From Mobula hypostoma (lineage: Eukaryota): 64,000 bases of DNA. The notes beneath the pieces were generated by a model. It was not told the DNA's origin and did no database searches. It saw nothing but the letters and a program-made list of their open reading frames with translations. The stretch covers positions 18,106,001-18,170,000 of the forward strand of contig NC_086109.1 of NCBI RefSeq assembly GCF_963921235.1, written 5' to 3'. Shown here piece after piece: positions 51,988 through 64,000 of the stretch (its first letter is position 1; each line of letters starts with the position of its first letter). Both the position numbers and the translations under genes were made by a program.

Positions 51988-54002
51988 CTTCTGGAGTTTC
52001 CTTAAAAATATTCTTTGATGACTCCAGTAGAAGCCCTGTGTCCAACCTTTGTACAAGTAAACCTGTGATTGAGAAAGCTATTTTGGAAAATTTCTAAATG
52101 TTGGTAATCCCTTACTTTGAAATAAAACTCACTCTATTCACTAATCATTCCTGTGTCTAATGACTAGAGATGCTTGTTGAAGTTAATGGTTCATGAACTT
52201 GGAAGCTCAGTGAAGTAAATCCCGGAAGCTTGCTCATCCAAAATCCAGTACTAACTCAGGTTTTGGCAACAAAGAGATGTCTTGCTCAACATACTGAATG
52301 TATTGCTTTAAAGTACTTCAGGATTGTTACACCCAGATGACAGAAACATGTCTACTAATTTTCCTTAAATGATTAAATGTAGAAAAAGAACACCCTGAAA
52401 ACAGAAGACTATAAGATCATAAGACATAAGAATAGAATTAGGTCATTCAGCCCATGAGTCTGATCATGGCTGATTTATTATTCCCCTCAACACCATTCTT
52501 TTGCCTTCTCCCTGTAAACTTCGATGCCCTTGATAATCAGGTAAATCGTTGACTTTAAATTGCATGGTATTAAGGAAAGAAATAAAGAAAATGTACATCT
52601 ACAGTAATTTTTTAGTTTGTACAACCTCAACATGAGCATATTTTTACTGTTTAATGCATACATTTCCTTGTCCACAGCGCCCACATGATCACTAATACTG
52701 AAACAGCACCTAGCAACACCTCAATTAATAAATTCAAGTTGTTCCACAGCCACTCAACTTTATCTCTTTAAACTCCACAGTGTCTGAAAGATCTTAGCAC
52801 TCAGTCATAGAATCGTAGAGTTATAAGGCATGGAGCACAAGCCCTTCAGCCCATCTCATCCATGCTGACCAAGTTGCCAATCTGAGTTAATTCTATTTGG
52901 CTGCATTTGGCCCATACCCTTCTAGGTCTTTCCTATCCATGCACGTGTCCAAATGTTTTTTTTTAACTGTCATAGTCGTACCTGCCTCTCACACTTTTTC
53001 TGGTAACAAATTTCATGTACCCACCACTCTCTGTGAAAATGTTGCCCCTTGTGTCCCTTTTGGATTGTTTCCTGGTCACTTTAAACCAATGTCCTCCAGA
53101 TTACCCTACCCAGTGAAAAAGTCTGTGGCTACTCACCTCATTTATACTCCTCATAGGGTCTTCTAGTGATGGTGCCTCTAGACTTGCATCATTCCATTGT
53201 CTCTGGATTTCCCTTCCTCACCTTCTCCATCTCTCTACATCTGTCATATGGATATGTCTTAAAATCCATCGCTTAGCCAAATTTTTGGTCCTCTGCTGTG
53301 AGATCTTAATGTGGTGTGGAGCCAAATTTTATCTGATAACATTCCAGAGATGCACCTTGAAAAACTTTACTCTATTAAAGGGTTATATAAATAAAATAAT
53401 TATTGCAATAAAGTAAGTGAATATCAGTTGTTGTTAAGGAACACTATTACTCAAAGGCTATGCAAAGCACCTGAGAAGGTTTTTGCCAAGGTTTTCTAAT
53501 ATTAGGTTTATTCATCTCTATTCAATCTTGAACTTACTGCTAAATTCCGAGTTCTTCTGAAGCCAGGGACACATGGTATCAAGGGTCAAGCCTCAGCTTT
53601 CCTGGTGGCTCCCGGACAACTTTGGTCAATCATTGTTTGATAGTCTGTACAGCCAGAAGCTTTTAGAGACAACCTCCCCCCACCCGCTTCATGATCTGGG
53701 GATTGAGCAAGTGATTGTAATGTGTCTTGGCTGACATCAGCAGAGATCTGCAATTCAACCTCTGACCCTAGAGGTTAAACTTTTCTTCTCTTGAATGTGA
53801 ATGAAATATCAAGTTGGCCTCCCACTGACATTCCTCAGAAAAGCTTCTATTTCGCATTTCATTTCCTCTCATGATTTAAAACAAATATATGCTCACTAAA
53901 AATTCTAGACAATTAGGCAAAATGTATAAGGAAGAAGGCAAGGAACATATCCTGTCATCTGTGCAAGAGAAACACTGAATTTCTATTACTTTGTTTTATA
54001 AT

Positions 54003-54391
54003 TGGGTGGTGGGGTGGAGAAGTGTCTCTATCAAAGGAGGTGTAAGGCGCTCCTTCTATCCGCTAGCCTGGAAGTCACGCTTGGGCAAGGTTAGCACCAG
54101 CTTACCCCCCTCCACTCCACCCCTCCTGATCAGGGTCATGTGAAGCCATAGGAACAGGTGGCGGATGGTCGTATGAGCAGCTGGTGCATATCAGAAGTCC
54201 TGGTTGTGTGTCCTCTGATGCCAAGCAGACAATTTCTGAAGAGTATTGATAATGGCTGGGGTCACCCTTCTTGTAAAGACACTGCCCAGAAGAAGGCAAT
54301 GGAAAACCACATTTGTAGAAAAATTTACCAAGAACAATCACGGTCAAAGACCATAATCACCCACATCTTGTGACACGGCACGTAGTGAAGA
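54003..54391 (+). mobile_element. 389-bp non-autonomous RTE-type retroelement with 11-bp TSD
   Basis: TGTTTTATAAT at 53992-54002 and 54392-54402. BovB/RTE-like GAAGAAGGCAATGG.AAACCAC motif; 3' end resembles an RTE C-terminus (..HI..HGT*). Confidence 0.75.
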
Positions 54392-54731
54392 TGTTTTATA
54401 ATGAGACTGGAATATCGATTCAAAACTAAAGTCTCCAAACCAACGCAAGCATTTATTAGAAACTTATTTATCCACAGGATGTGTAGAATGCTGAATTTGC
54501 TATCGTGGGAATTGTTGAGACAACTGGCATTTAATTACATAAGATCAGAGGGTAAAACTGGGTAAGTACAATGAATGGAACAGAGTTAGATGAAGAAGGG
54601 TTGATGATGGCTCATGTGGGGAATAAATAATTTAGATTAATCAGACCAAATGGAAATGTAAAAATAAACTGAAGATATATATATATAAAATCTGGTCTTC
54701 TTTTTACAATGCAACATTCTTCTTTTGCTGA

Positions 54732-54887
<156 letters not shown>

Positions 54888-55239
54888 TAATCATCTTTCA
54901 TCTATGTTTGGTCTGTTTTGCTTAACCTCAAGGACAGGTAAATCCAGAGTTGGGGAGGTCCTCGCTTTTTTTCTCTCTCCACGTTGGGTGTTTGTCAGTT
55001 ATTTTAAAGGGTTCTTTTGGGTTTCTTTGTTTTGTGTCTACCTGTAAGGAAGCAAATCTCAAGGTTGTATAATGTTTCCGTACTTTGATAGTAAATGCAC
55101 TTTGAACTTTGATCCTCAGCTTAGTTCCAAGAGTAGGGGATTTGCTCATGCATTGGTATTGTAATCTTATAGTGAGTGTAAATGAATTGGCAGCTGACAT
55201 CTAATGGACTTCTGCATACTTCTCTCTGGTGGGTAGACA

Positions 55240-58215
55240 TTGCTGGGGGGTGGGAACAGAAATGAAGAGATGGAGGAAGGGGTGGTTCGCTCACAAATAG
55301 AGAAAGCTCAGAGACAGTGCGAGAGGGAGGATAGGCAGGTGATAGAGAAGGGATACACCCAGACCGATGGTTTGAGATGTGTCTATTTTAACACAAGAAG
55401 CATCATGAACAAAGCAGATGAGCTTAGAGCGTGGATCAGTACTTGGAGCTATGATGTTGTGGCCATTACAGAAGACTTGGATGGCTCAGGGGCAGGAACA
55501 GTTACTTAGAGTGCCAGGCTTTAGATGTTTCAGAAAGCATAGGGAGGAAGGCAAAAGAGGTGGGGCGTGGAACTGCTGATCAGAGATAGTGTCACGTCTG
55601 CAGAAAAGGAGAAGATCATGGAGGGATTGTCTATGGAGTCTCTGTGGGTGGAAGTTAGAAACTGGAAGGGGTCAATAACTCTACTGAATGTTTTTTATAG
55701 ACCACCCAATAGTAACAGGGAAATCAAGGAGCAGATAGGGAGACAGATTCTGGAAAGGTGTAATAATAACAGGGTTGTCATGGTGGGAGATTTTAATTTC
55801 TCAAACATTGATTGGCATCTCCCTAGAGCAAGGGGTTTAGATGGGGTGGAGTTTGTTAGGTATGTTCAGGAAAGTTTCCTAACACAATATGTAGATAAGC
55901 CTACAACGGGAGAGGCTGTACTTGTTCTGTTATTGGGAAATGAACCTGGTCAGGTGTCAGATCTCTCAGTGGGAGAGCATTTTGGAGATAGTGATCACAA
56001 TTCTATCTCCTTTACCATAGCACTGGAGAGGGGTAGGAACAGACAAGTTAGGAAAGCGTTTAACTGGAGTAAAGGGAAAGATGAAGTTATCAGTCAGGAA
56101 CTTGGAAGCATAAATTGGGAACAGATGTTCTCAGGGAAATGTACGGCAGAAATGTGGCAAATGTTCAGGGGATATTTGCGTGGCGTTCTGCATAGATACG
56201 TTCCAGTGAGACAGGGAAAGGATGGTAGGCGACCGGAACTGTGGTGTACAAGGCTGTTGAAAATCTAGTCAAGAAAAAAAAAGCTTACAAAAGGTTCAAA
56301 AAACTAGGTAATGATAGAGATCTAGAAGATTATAAGGCTAGCAGGAAGGAGAATTTCTCCTAATGAAATTAGGAGAGCCAAAAGGGGCCATGAGAAGACC
56401 TTGGTGAGCAGGATTAAAGAAAATCCCAAGCAATTCTACAAGTATGTGAAGAGCAAGAGGATAAGACATGAGAGAATAGGACCAATCAAGTGTGATAGTG
56501 GAAAAGTGTGTATGGAACCAGAGGAGATAGCAGAGGTTCTTAATAAATACTTTGCTTCAGTATTTACTACAGAAAAGGATCTTGGCATTTGTAGGGATGA
56601 CTTACAGTAGATTGAAAAGCTTGAGACATTAAAAAAGAGAATGTGCTGAATCTTTTGAAAAGCATCAAGTTGGGTAAGTCTCTGGGATCAGATGAGATGT
56701 ACCCCAGGCTACTGTGGGAGGCGAAGGAAGAGATTGCTGAGCCTCTGGCAGTGATGTTTGCCTCATCAATGGGGACAGGAGAGGTTCCAGAGGACTGGAA
56801 GGTTGAAGATATTGTTCCATTATTCAAGAAAGGGAGTAGAGATAGCCCAGGAAATTATAGACCAGTGAGTCTTACTTCAGTGGTTGGTAAGTTGATGGAA
56901 AAGATCCTGAGAGGCAGGATTTATGAACATTTGGAGAGGCATACTATGATTCGGAATAGTCAGCAAGGCTTTGAGAAAGGCAAGTTGTACCTTACGAGCC
57001 TGATTGAATTTTTTTGAGGATGTGACTAAACACATTGATGAAGGTAGAGCAGTAGGTGTAGTGTATATGGATTTCAGCAAGGCATTTGATAAGGTACCCC
57101 TTGCAAGGTTTAAGGAGGCATAGAATTCAAGGGGACCTTGCTTTGCGGATCCAGAATTGGCTTACCCACAGAGAGCAAAGAGTGGTTGTAGATGGGTCAT
57201 ATTCTGCATGGAGGTCGGTGACCAGTGGTGTGCCTCAGGGATCTGTTCTGGGACCCCTCCTCTTCGTGATTTTTATAAGTGACCTGGATGAGGAAGTGGA
57301 GGTATGGGTTATTAAATGTGCTGATGACACAAAGGTTGGGGGTGTTGTAGATTGTGTGGAGGGCTGTCAGAGATTACAGAAGGACATTGATAGGATACAA
57401 AACTGGGCTGAGAAGTGACAGATGGAGATGAACCCAGATAAGTGTGAGGTGATTCACTTTGGTAGGTCAAATATGATGGCAGAATATAGTATTAAGGATA
57501 AGACTCTTGGCAGTATGGAGGATCTTGGGGTCCAAATCCATAGGATACTCAAAGCTGCTGCGCAGGGTGACTCTGTGATTAAGAAGGCATATGGTGCATT
57601 GGCCTTCATCAACCATGGGTTTGAGTTTAAGAGCCGAGAGGTAATGTTGCAGCTATATAGAACCCTGGTCAGACCCCATTGAGTACTGTGCTCAGTTCTG
57701 GTCACCTCACTACAGGAAGGATGTGGAAACTATAGAAAGGGTGCAGAGGAGACTTCCAAGGATGTTGCCTGGATTGGGGAACATGCCTTACGAGAAAAAG
57801 TTGAGTGAATTTGGCCTTTTCCCCTTGGAGTGACGGAGGATGAGAGGTGACCTGTGGTATATAAGGTGATGAGAGGCATTGATCGTGTGGCTAGTCAGAG
57901 GCTTTTTCCCAAGGCTGAAATGACTATCACGAGAGGGCACAGTTTTAAGGTGCTTGGAAGTAGGTACAGAGGAGATGTCAGGAGTAAGTTTTTTTTTAAC
58001 GCAGAGAGTGGGGAGTGTGTGGAATGGGCTGCCAGCGATGGTGGTGGAGGCAGATACGATAGGGTCTTTTAAGCGACTCCTGGATAGGTACATGAAGCTT
58101 AGAAAAATAGAGGGCTATGGGTAACCCTAGGTAACTTCTAAAGTAAGAACATGTTCGGCACAGCATTGTGGGCTGAAGGGCCAGTACTATGCTGCAGGTT
58201 TTCTATGTTTCTATA
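55240..58215 (+). mobile_element. CR1 LINE with nearly all of ORF2 (endonuclease and RT), pseudogenised
   Basis: [41 protein letters not shown] and ADD motifs; stops and frameshifts; (TTTCTATG)n tail. Confidence 0.94.
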
Positions 58216-58453
58216 TATTGCTCTTTCCTGACAACAGACTTCCTGCTGGAGGAACTCACAGGGGAATTGATGGGCTTGTGAGAGCAAATATGTTTCAAAG
58301 ATATAGGGAACTAAGACAAGGGGCAGGGTACTGAGGGGAGGGCCTGGATCAATGCTAGCATAGATTTAATGGGCCTAATGGCTTCCTTCTGTCTCAAAAT
58401 AAGTAACAAATAGTAAGTGTGCTCTTCAAATATACAAAACCTTTCTTTCTCAG

Positions 58454-58574
58454 GTCTGGCAAGGGCAAAATCTGTCCCTACCAAAACCTACTCAAATGAA
58501 GTGGTGACCTTGTGGTATCGACCCCCAGATGTCCTGATGGGTTCAACTGAATATTCCACCCAGATCGACGTATG
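58454..58574 (+). CDS. CDK18: CDK18 coding exon 9 ([41 protein letters not shown])
   Basis: TCTCAG acceptor, 121 nt, GTGAG donor. Activation loop with the PCTAIRE-type [14 protein letters not shown]. No downstream exon was found in the window. Confidence 0.96.
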
Positions 58575-58839
58575 GTGAGAATAACTTTTAGAAGCAATTG
58601 TATTTTTAGATTCTTTTCTTGTTGACGGCATTTCCTGTGCAGGATGGGATGATGTTAAAATCCGTGAAATTCTATTGTCCGTATAGCGGCAAATGAGGTG
58701 CAGGCATCCACAGATCTAAAGTCGGATCCTATCGAGTCTTCCGATCTCTTTCCCTGCTATTCTTCACTGGAACACTGTTGGTGTTCTTCCTGTCAAAGTC
58801 GTGGGTGCATCGTGAACCCAAGGAAGGCTGTCAAAGTTT

Positions 58840-59650
58840 GCAACCCAATCTAGACCAGATAGAAAAATAGGCTGAATATTAGCAGATGGAGCTTAATGCA
58901 GACAAGTGTGAAGTGTTGCATTTTGGCAGGATAAACCATGGTAATACCTACATAGTGATTGGTAGGACACTGGGGTGTGCAGTAGACGAACGAGATCTGG
59001 TACTATAGATTCATTATTCCCTGAAAGTGACATCACAAGTAGGTAGCGTTGTAAAGAGTGCTTTTGGCACATTGGCTTTCAGAGGACTGCGTAAAGGTTT
59101 TGAGATGTTATGTTGAAGTTATATAAGATGTTGGTGAAGTCAATTTGGAGTATGGTGTGTGTGTCTGGTCAACTATCCACAGGAAAGATGTCAATAAGCT
59201 TGAATCCATGCAGGGGAAATTTACAAGCATGTTGCTGGTACTTGAGGACCTGAGTGATCAGTAAAAAGTTAATAGGTTAGGACTTTATTCCCTGGAGAAG
59301 AAGAGAATGAGAGGAGAGCTTATCGAGGTATACAAAATTATGAGGAGAATGCTGCATATAGATGTAATCTTCTTCCCGCGGTTGGGTGAGACTGGAGCTA
59401 GAGGTCATAGGTTTAGGGTGAAAGGTGAAATATTTGAGGGGAACTTCTTCACTCAGAGTAGTGTCAGTGTGGATAGGTCTGCCAGCGGCAGAGTGGTGGA
59501 TGCAGGTTCTGTTGCAACTTTTAAGAGAAGTTTGGATAGGTGGTACAGTATGTAGATGAGAGGGGTATGATTCACGTGTGGGTCTATGGGGCTAGGGAGA
59601 GAAACCAATCATTAAGGACCAGATGGGCTTGTTTCTGTGCTGTAGTATTC
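58840..59650 (+). mobile_element. Old CR1 3' fragment
   Basis: Decayed KCEVLHFG and RGELIEVYKIMR motifs. Confidence 0.75.
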
Positions 59651-60383
59651 TGAGTCTAAGTTCATCAGAACAGAATTGGGCTCTTCAGCCCATCGAGCTC
59701 ACTCTTTCATATAACTTGATCATGATGGACATCTCCCAAAACTTCATCTACCTTGGTTTCTACAATTCATCTGGGTAACAAAAATCTAACAGTTTGAGTT
59801 TTGAAGTTTGTCATTCTGGGTGGGTGTCCCGAATTCCCACCACCTGTGTGAAGAAGTATTTCCTGTCATCACCTGATCTCACAGGACTTGGTTCTAATTT
59901 TACAACTGGGTCAAATTATTCCGAAATGTCGCCCGCAAGTGGATATAGTTTCTCACTGGTAACGCTATGCATTGTTTAAATTGTTGTAAACAACTTAGTT
60001 AGTTCACTTCTGTTTTCAAGTTCAACAACTGCAAAATGGGTCTTGTCTATAGACACTAAAACATTTTCTCTCTGTGAAGAGTTTGAACTTCAGTCCAGTA
60101 CTTGGGCTTTGTGCTATCTCATGATGTACTGAAAACGATGCTCCTCAGTAGAGACTCAATATTATCACCATGTAACAAAATAAAGAATCAACCATGTGCC
60201 TAGACAAAGGTGTGCATCTCAGAAGTTAATTGTTGGAACCCAACCAGAAATGGAAATCTTTGGTAGAACATCTATTTCCCTTCAACCATTCAGTTCTTGA
60301 ACCAACCAGCAAAATCCTAGTCACTATTTTAGCAACACTATGACCACTTGACTTTGACTTTTACCTTTGGCTAGCATCAAGTA

Positions 60384-60608
60384 TCAAGTTATTCAACCAA
60401 AAATATATTGCTTAGCAAAATTGAGTACTGTTCCTTCCAGATGCTGGAAGTCACTTGTGTGGAAGAAACATTTGCTGAAGCCTTGACAAGTTACTTCTGT
60501 GAATGTTTCTTTCAAACTAGTGACCTCCAGCATCTGGAGTGAAATAGCCGACAACACTGAAGAATGCTTTATTTTGCTAAGCAATAAAATTTAGGTTGAA
60601 TAACTTGA
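60384..60608. repeat. Long imperfect inverted repeat (foldback)
   Basis: 60384-60421 pairs with about 60571-60608, and 60436-60480 pairs with 60494-60538. Confidence 0.9.
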
Positions 60609-61569
60609 ATTTTATTTCTTAGCAAAATTAAGTGTCTTGAATAGGTGATGCATTTGACTGCATGGCTTGCTGATGCTGGAGAGAGTGAATTGAGTTGGTG
60701 GATGTTGAAATCATCAGACCAGACCAGGTGATGTTCGTGTTCTTGAGCGGTATCTTACCTGCATTTAGCCAGGCAAGTAGGGACGTCTTGCCAGATTTCC
60801 AGCTGGTGCCATGTAGATTGTGTAAAGGCTTTGGTAAATGAAAAGGTGAATCACTTGTCACAGGATGCAGTCTCTGTCTTCTTATTAGTACTCCCCCATT
60901 GACAGCCATTTCTTCAGCTGCCAAATACGTATGGTCCTTCTCTAAGCTTCTTCAACTCTCTCGCCTTCTTTAAGAAGTTAAGAAGACACTAGTGAACTGT
61001 ATGAGTTATTGTATTGTTTCAGTGGTTTTATGATCAGCATTCCTAACTCTGGCTTTAATTCCACGTTGATTTAATTCCTCAAATTTAAATTCCCCAGAAC
61101 CATAGGGAATGCAAACTCACATCTCTGAATCAGTGATTCAGAGCTTTTACTGCTGGTTTAGTAAAGTAATCCTCAGAATGTCGATGGCAATACAAATTGT
61201 CCGTGGCAGTGCAATATGTCCAGTGGCTGCACTCTTCCTTGTCAAAAATGATCATTTGCCTGTATTAAAAGGCAGGATGCCTACTAAGCTATTTGTCACC
61301 ACAATCCAGTCAATAAATTCCCCTGTTTTAATGGACTTCTGTGTGAAAAAGAAGGAGACCTTGAGCTTGATCCTGCAAATTAAAAGCTACTTTTTTGTCG
61401 TGGTAAATTTGGGAAATTCAGTACCATGTCTTCTGTTTCCTCATCTTTTCAATGTAAGGCCGGGTTTCCCATTGATGTGTGATGAAAAATAAAGGAAGGA
61501 AAATGGAATTGAACCCAGAAAATAGCAACCATCTTGTCGTTCTTTACTGATCTCCCTTCTGGCACTCAT

Positions 61570-62335
61570 CGCTGTAATCCTGACAAGTGCTACACCTGCC
61601 CCTACACTTCCTCTCTCACTATCATTCAGAGCTCCAAATAGTCCTTCCATGTGCGGTAACACTTTGCTTGCGAGTCTGTTGGAGTCATCTGCTCCTCTAC
61701 CTTGATGAGAACAGACACAGATTGGGGGACCGCTTTGTCGAGCAGCTTTGCACTGTCCGCTGCAAAAACCAGGATCTCCTGGTGATTACCCATATCAACT
61801 TGTCTTCCCATTCCCATTCCCATCCCGACACGTCTGTCCCTGGCACTCTCTACTGCCATGAGGTCAAACTCAGGTTGGAGAGCAACACCTCAGTTCTGGG
61901 TGCTCTCTAACCTGATGGCATGAACGTCAATTTTTCTAACGTATAATTTCTCCCCTTCCCTCCTTATCTTATTTTCCACTTTCCATTTCTATTACTCTCT
62001 TACTGCTTCTCACCTGCCCGTAACCTCGCTCTAATTCTCCTCCTTCTTGACTTACTTCCATTGTTTACGGTCCTCTCCTATCAGAGTCCTTCTTCTGTCC
62101 TTTCCTTTCCCTGCTTCTCACTTCCGCCCCCCCTTACTCACCCACCCACCTCTCCCTCACCTGGTCTCACCTATCACCCGTCAGCTTGTCCTCCATCCTC
62201 TTTCTCTACCTTTTTATTCTGCCTTCTGCCCTCTTCCTTTACTGATGAAGGGACTCCACATGAAACATCAACTGTTTATTCCCCTCCACAGATGCTGCCT
62301 AATTTGCTGGGTTCCTCCAACATTTTGTGTGTGTT
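61570..62335 (+). mobile_element. Penelope-like element 3' end: decayed GIY-YIG endonuclease plus terminal repeat
   Basis: CYTCPYTSSLT...CESVGVI...LYLDENRHRLGDRFVEQL, a Cys linker and YIGET.RRL..RF.EH-type motif, followed by the pyrimidine-rich terminal repeat and CTGATGA motif at 62242. Confidence 0.8.
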
Positions 62336-63186
62336 AATCAGTATTAGTGTCTCTATTCCAGATTGTTGTGGAGGCTTCGTTGCTGAAGGCTTTTAAAGAG
62401 GAGGTAGATTTTATTTGAAAGTTCAGGGAATTGGGTGCGATGGAGAACTGCACAGATAAAGCCTGGGAAAGGTCATCCACGATCATATGGAACGGCGGAT
62501 CAGGCTTGAGAGGCCAAGCGGTCTACGCCAGCTCTTGGAGTTACAAGTGCAGGTATAGGCAATTTGGAGCCATACACAAAGGAGCTGGTGGAGCTCAATG
62601 CCAGGTAGCAACTAGGGAGTTAAATGAACAGCTGATGCTTTGGCAACCTCCCAAAACACTGGCTGTTCATTTCCCTCCTTTGATGCTGACTGACCAGCTG
62701 AGTTTCCTCAGCTCCTTTGTGTGTTACTTCTGCTTCCCATTAGGGCATTGAAAGGTCACCTGAGTGTGCAAATTCTGAAACTTTGGATGGAGATAGTTAT
62801 AACTCCAGCCCAAATTTTTACATAGTCATCCTACAGGAAAGGCAATGTTGCTCCAGCAAGGTAGAAATTTGTTGCCTTTGCCTCCCCACTTGTGGAATAA
62901 TCATTGAACTGTGACAAGGAGGGATTTCTCCTTCCAGTAAACAAATTCCACCCTCCCTTTATTCCCCTCTCTTACTTTTTACTTCTTTTCACCTGCCTAT
63001 TACATCCCCCTGCCCTCCTCCATCCCCTTTTCCTTTGGTCCACTGTCCTCTCCTATCAGATTCCTACTTTACCGGCCCTTCACCTTTCCCACCCACCTGG
63101 CTTCACCTTTCACCTTCCAGCTAGCGTCCTTCCTTCCCCCCCCCCCACCCACATCTTTTTATTCTGGCATCTTCCCTCTTCCTTCT

Positions 63187-63224
63187 CAGTCCTGATAAAG
63201 GGTCTGAGCCCGAAACGTCGACTG
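63187..63224 (+). ncRNA. Minimal type I hammerhead ribozyme-like motif in a Penelope terminal repeat (one core mutation)
   Basis: CAGTC-CTGATAA-A-GGGTCTGAGCCC-GAAACGTC-GACTG: stem I CAGUC/GACUG, stem II GGG..CCC, GAAA, palindromic ACGU stem III, GUC cleavage triplet. G8 is mutated to A. Confidence 0.7.
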
Positions 63225-64000
63225 TTTATTCATTTCCGTAGATGCTGCCTGACCTGTTAAATTCCTCCAGCATTTCGTGTGTGTTGATGAGGAGGGAAAC
63301 CTTGTGGAGATCTATCCACAATCCTTTCCTGTAAAGATACTTGCAGAGATCCATCTTCTTATCCACTCATTATTCTAGAATTTCAGGGTCTCTTGGTCCG
63401 TCCATGTAGTCGGGCATGAAGATTTTGGATCACACATACAGATCTAGGGCACCTCAGTTCCTGATCTTTGTTTCAATCATCAAAAGCTTTTCCTGCTGTA
63501 GGAGGGTTAGTAAGCAGAGGGCATAGATTTAAGGTAGTTACCCACCTACCTGGGAGAAAGATGCTTCTTTTGTGCAGTGAATAATTATGAACAAAAATGT
63601 ACTGACTGAGAGGGACATGGATTTAGTGAAGGAATTAGATAATCCCTTGAAAAAAGAAGGATTGCTGGGGCCCTAGGGAAAGAGCAAAAGGATGGTATTA
63701 ATTGGATAACTCTTTCAAGAAGTCTGTACAGACCCTTCTCTGATGTATTATTCTTCATCTCAACATGAAGCAAATTAATGTCCCCTTCTGAAACTGTTCT
63801 GCTTTCATTGCACTCTCCATGTTGTGTAATTGTAATCTGTTTTCACAGCTTGCAAAATGTCTCCCAGCTCGGCAATGTTTTCCTTGAAGTGTCTGATTCC
63901 TGCTTTTCTTAAGCAGCATTTTTAACAGTTCCACATAACAGTACAGGAGGAAAGGGTGAGCAGGCTACGGCTTTTCTCTTTGGAGCAAAGGAGGAGAAGA

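Overview
Repeat-rich vertebrate genomic DNA. The CR1, Rex1, V-SINE, DeuSINE and Penelope repeat content suggests a cartilaginous fish, probably a ray (inference). The only host gene I can support is CDK18 (PCTAIRE-3) on the + strand. Nine coding exons (6904-58574) splice in frame into about 314 aa, from MKKFKRRFSLS through [15 protein letters not shown] and DFG to IDVW. I found neither the 5' non-coding exon nor the C-terminal exons in the window. One intron needs a non-canonical GC donor (54859). The introns are filled with decayed CR1 and Rex1 LINEs, an internally deleted Gypsy element plus a solo LTR, Tc1 and hAT non-autonomous elements, SINEs and Penelope remnants. The most interesting signals are retroelement-borne self-cleaving ribozyme motifs: a twister-like motif at the 5' end of a short non-autonomous RTE-type element (51935-51987, -), about ten minimal hammerhead motifs in Penelope termini, and a partly HDV-like 5' end on another TSD-flanked RTE-type element. 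Also notable are a candidate internal TATA promoter with an alternative first exon (about 17670-17825) and a 225-bp foldback at 60384-60608. All identities quoted are by-eye estimates; no searches were run.
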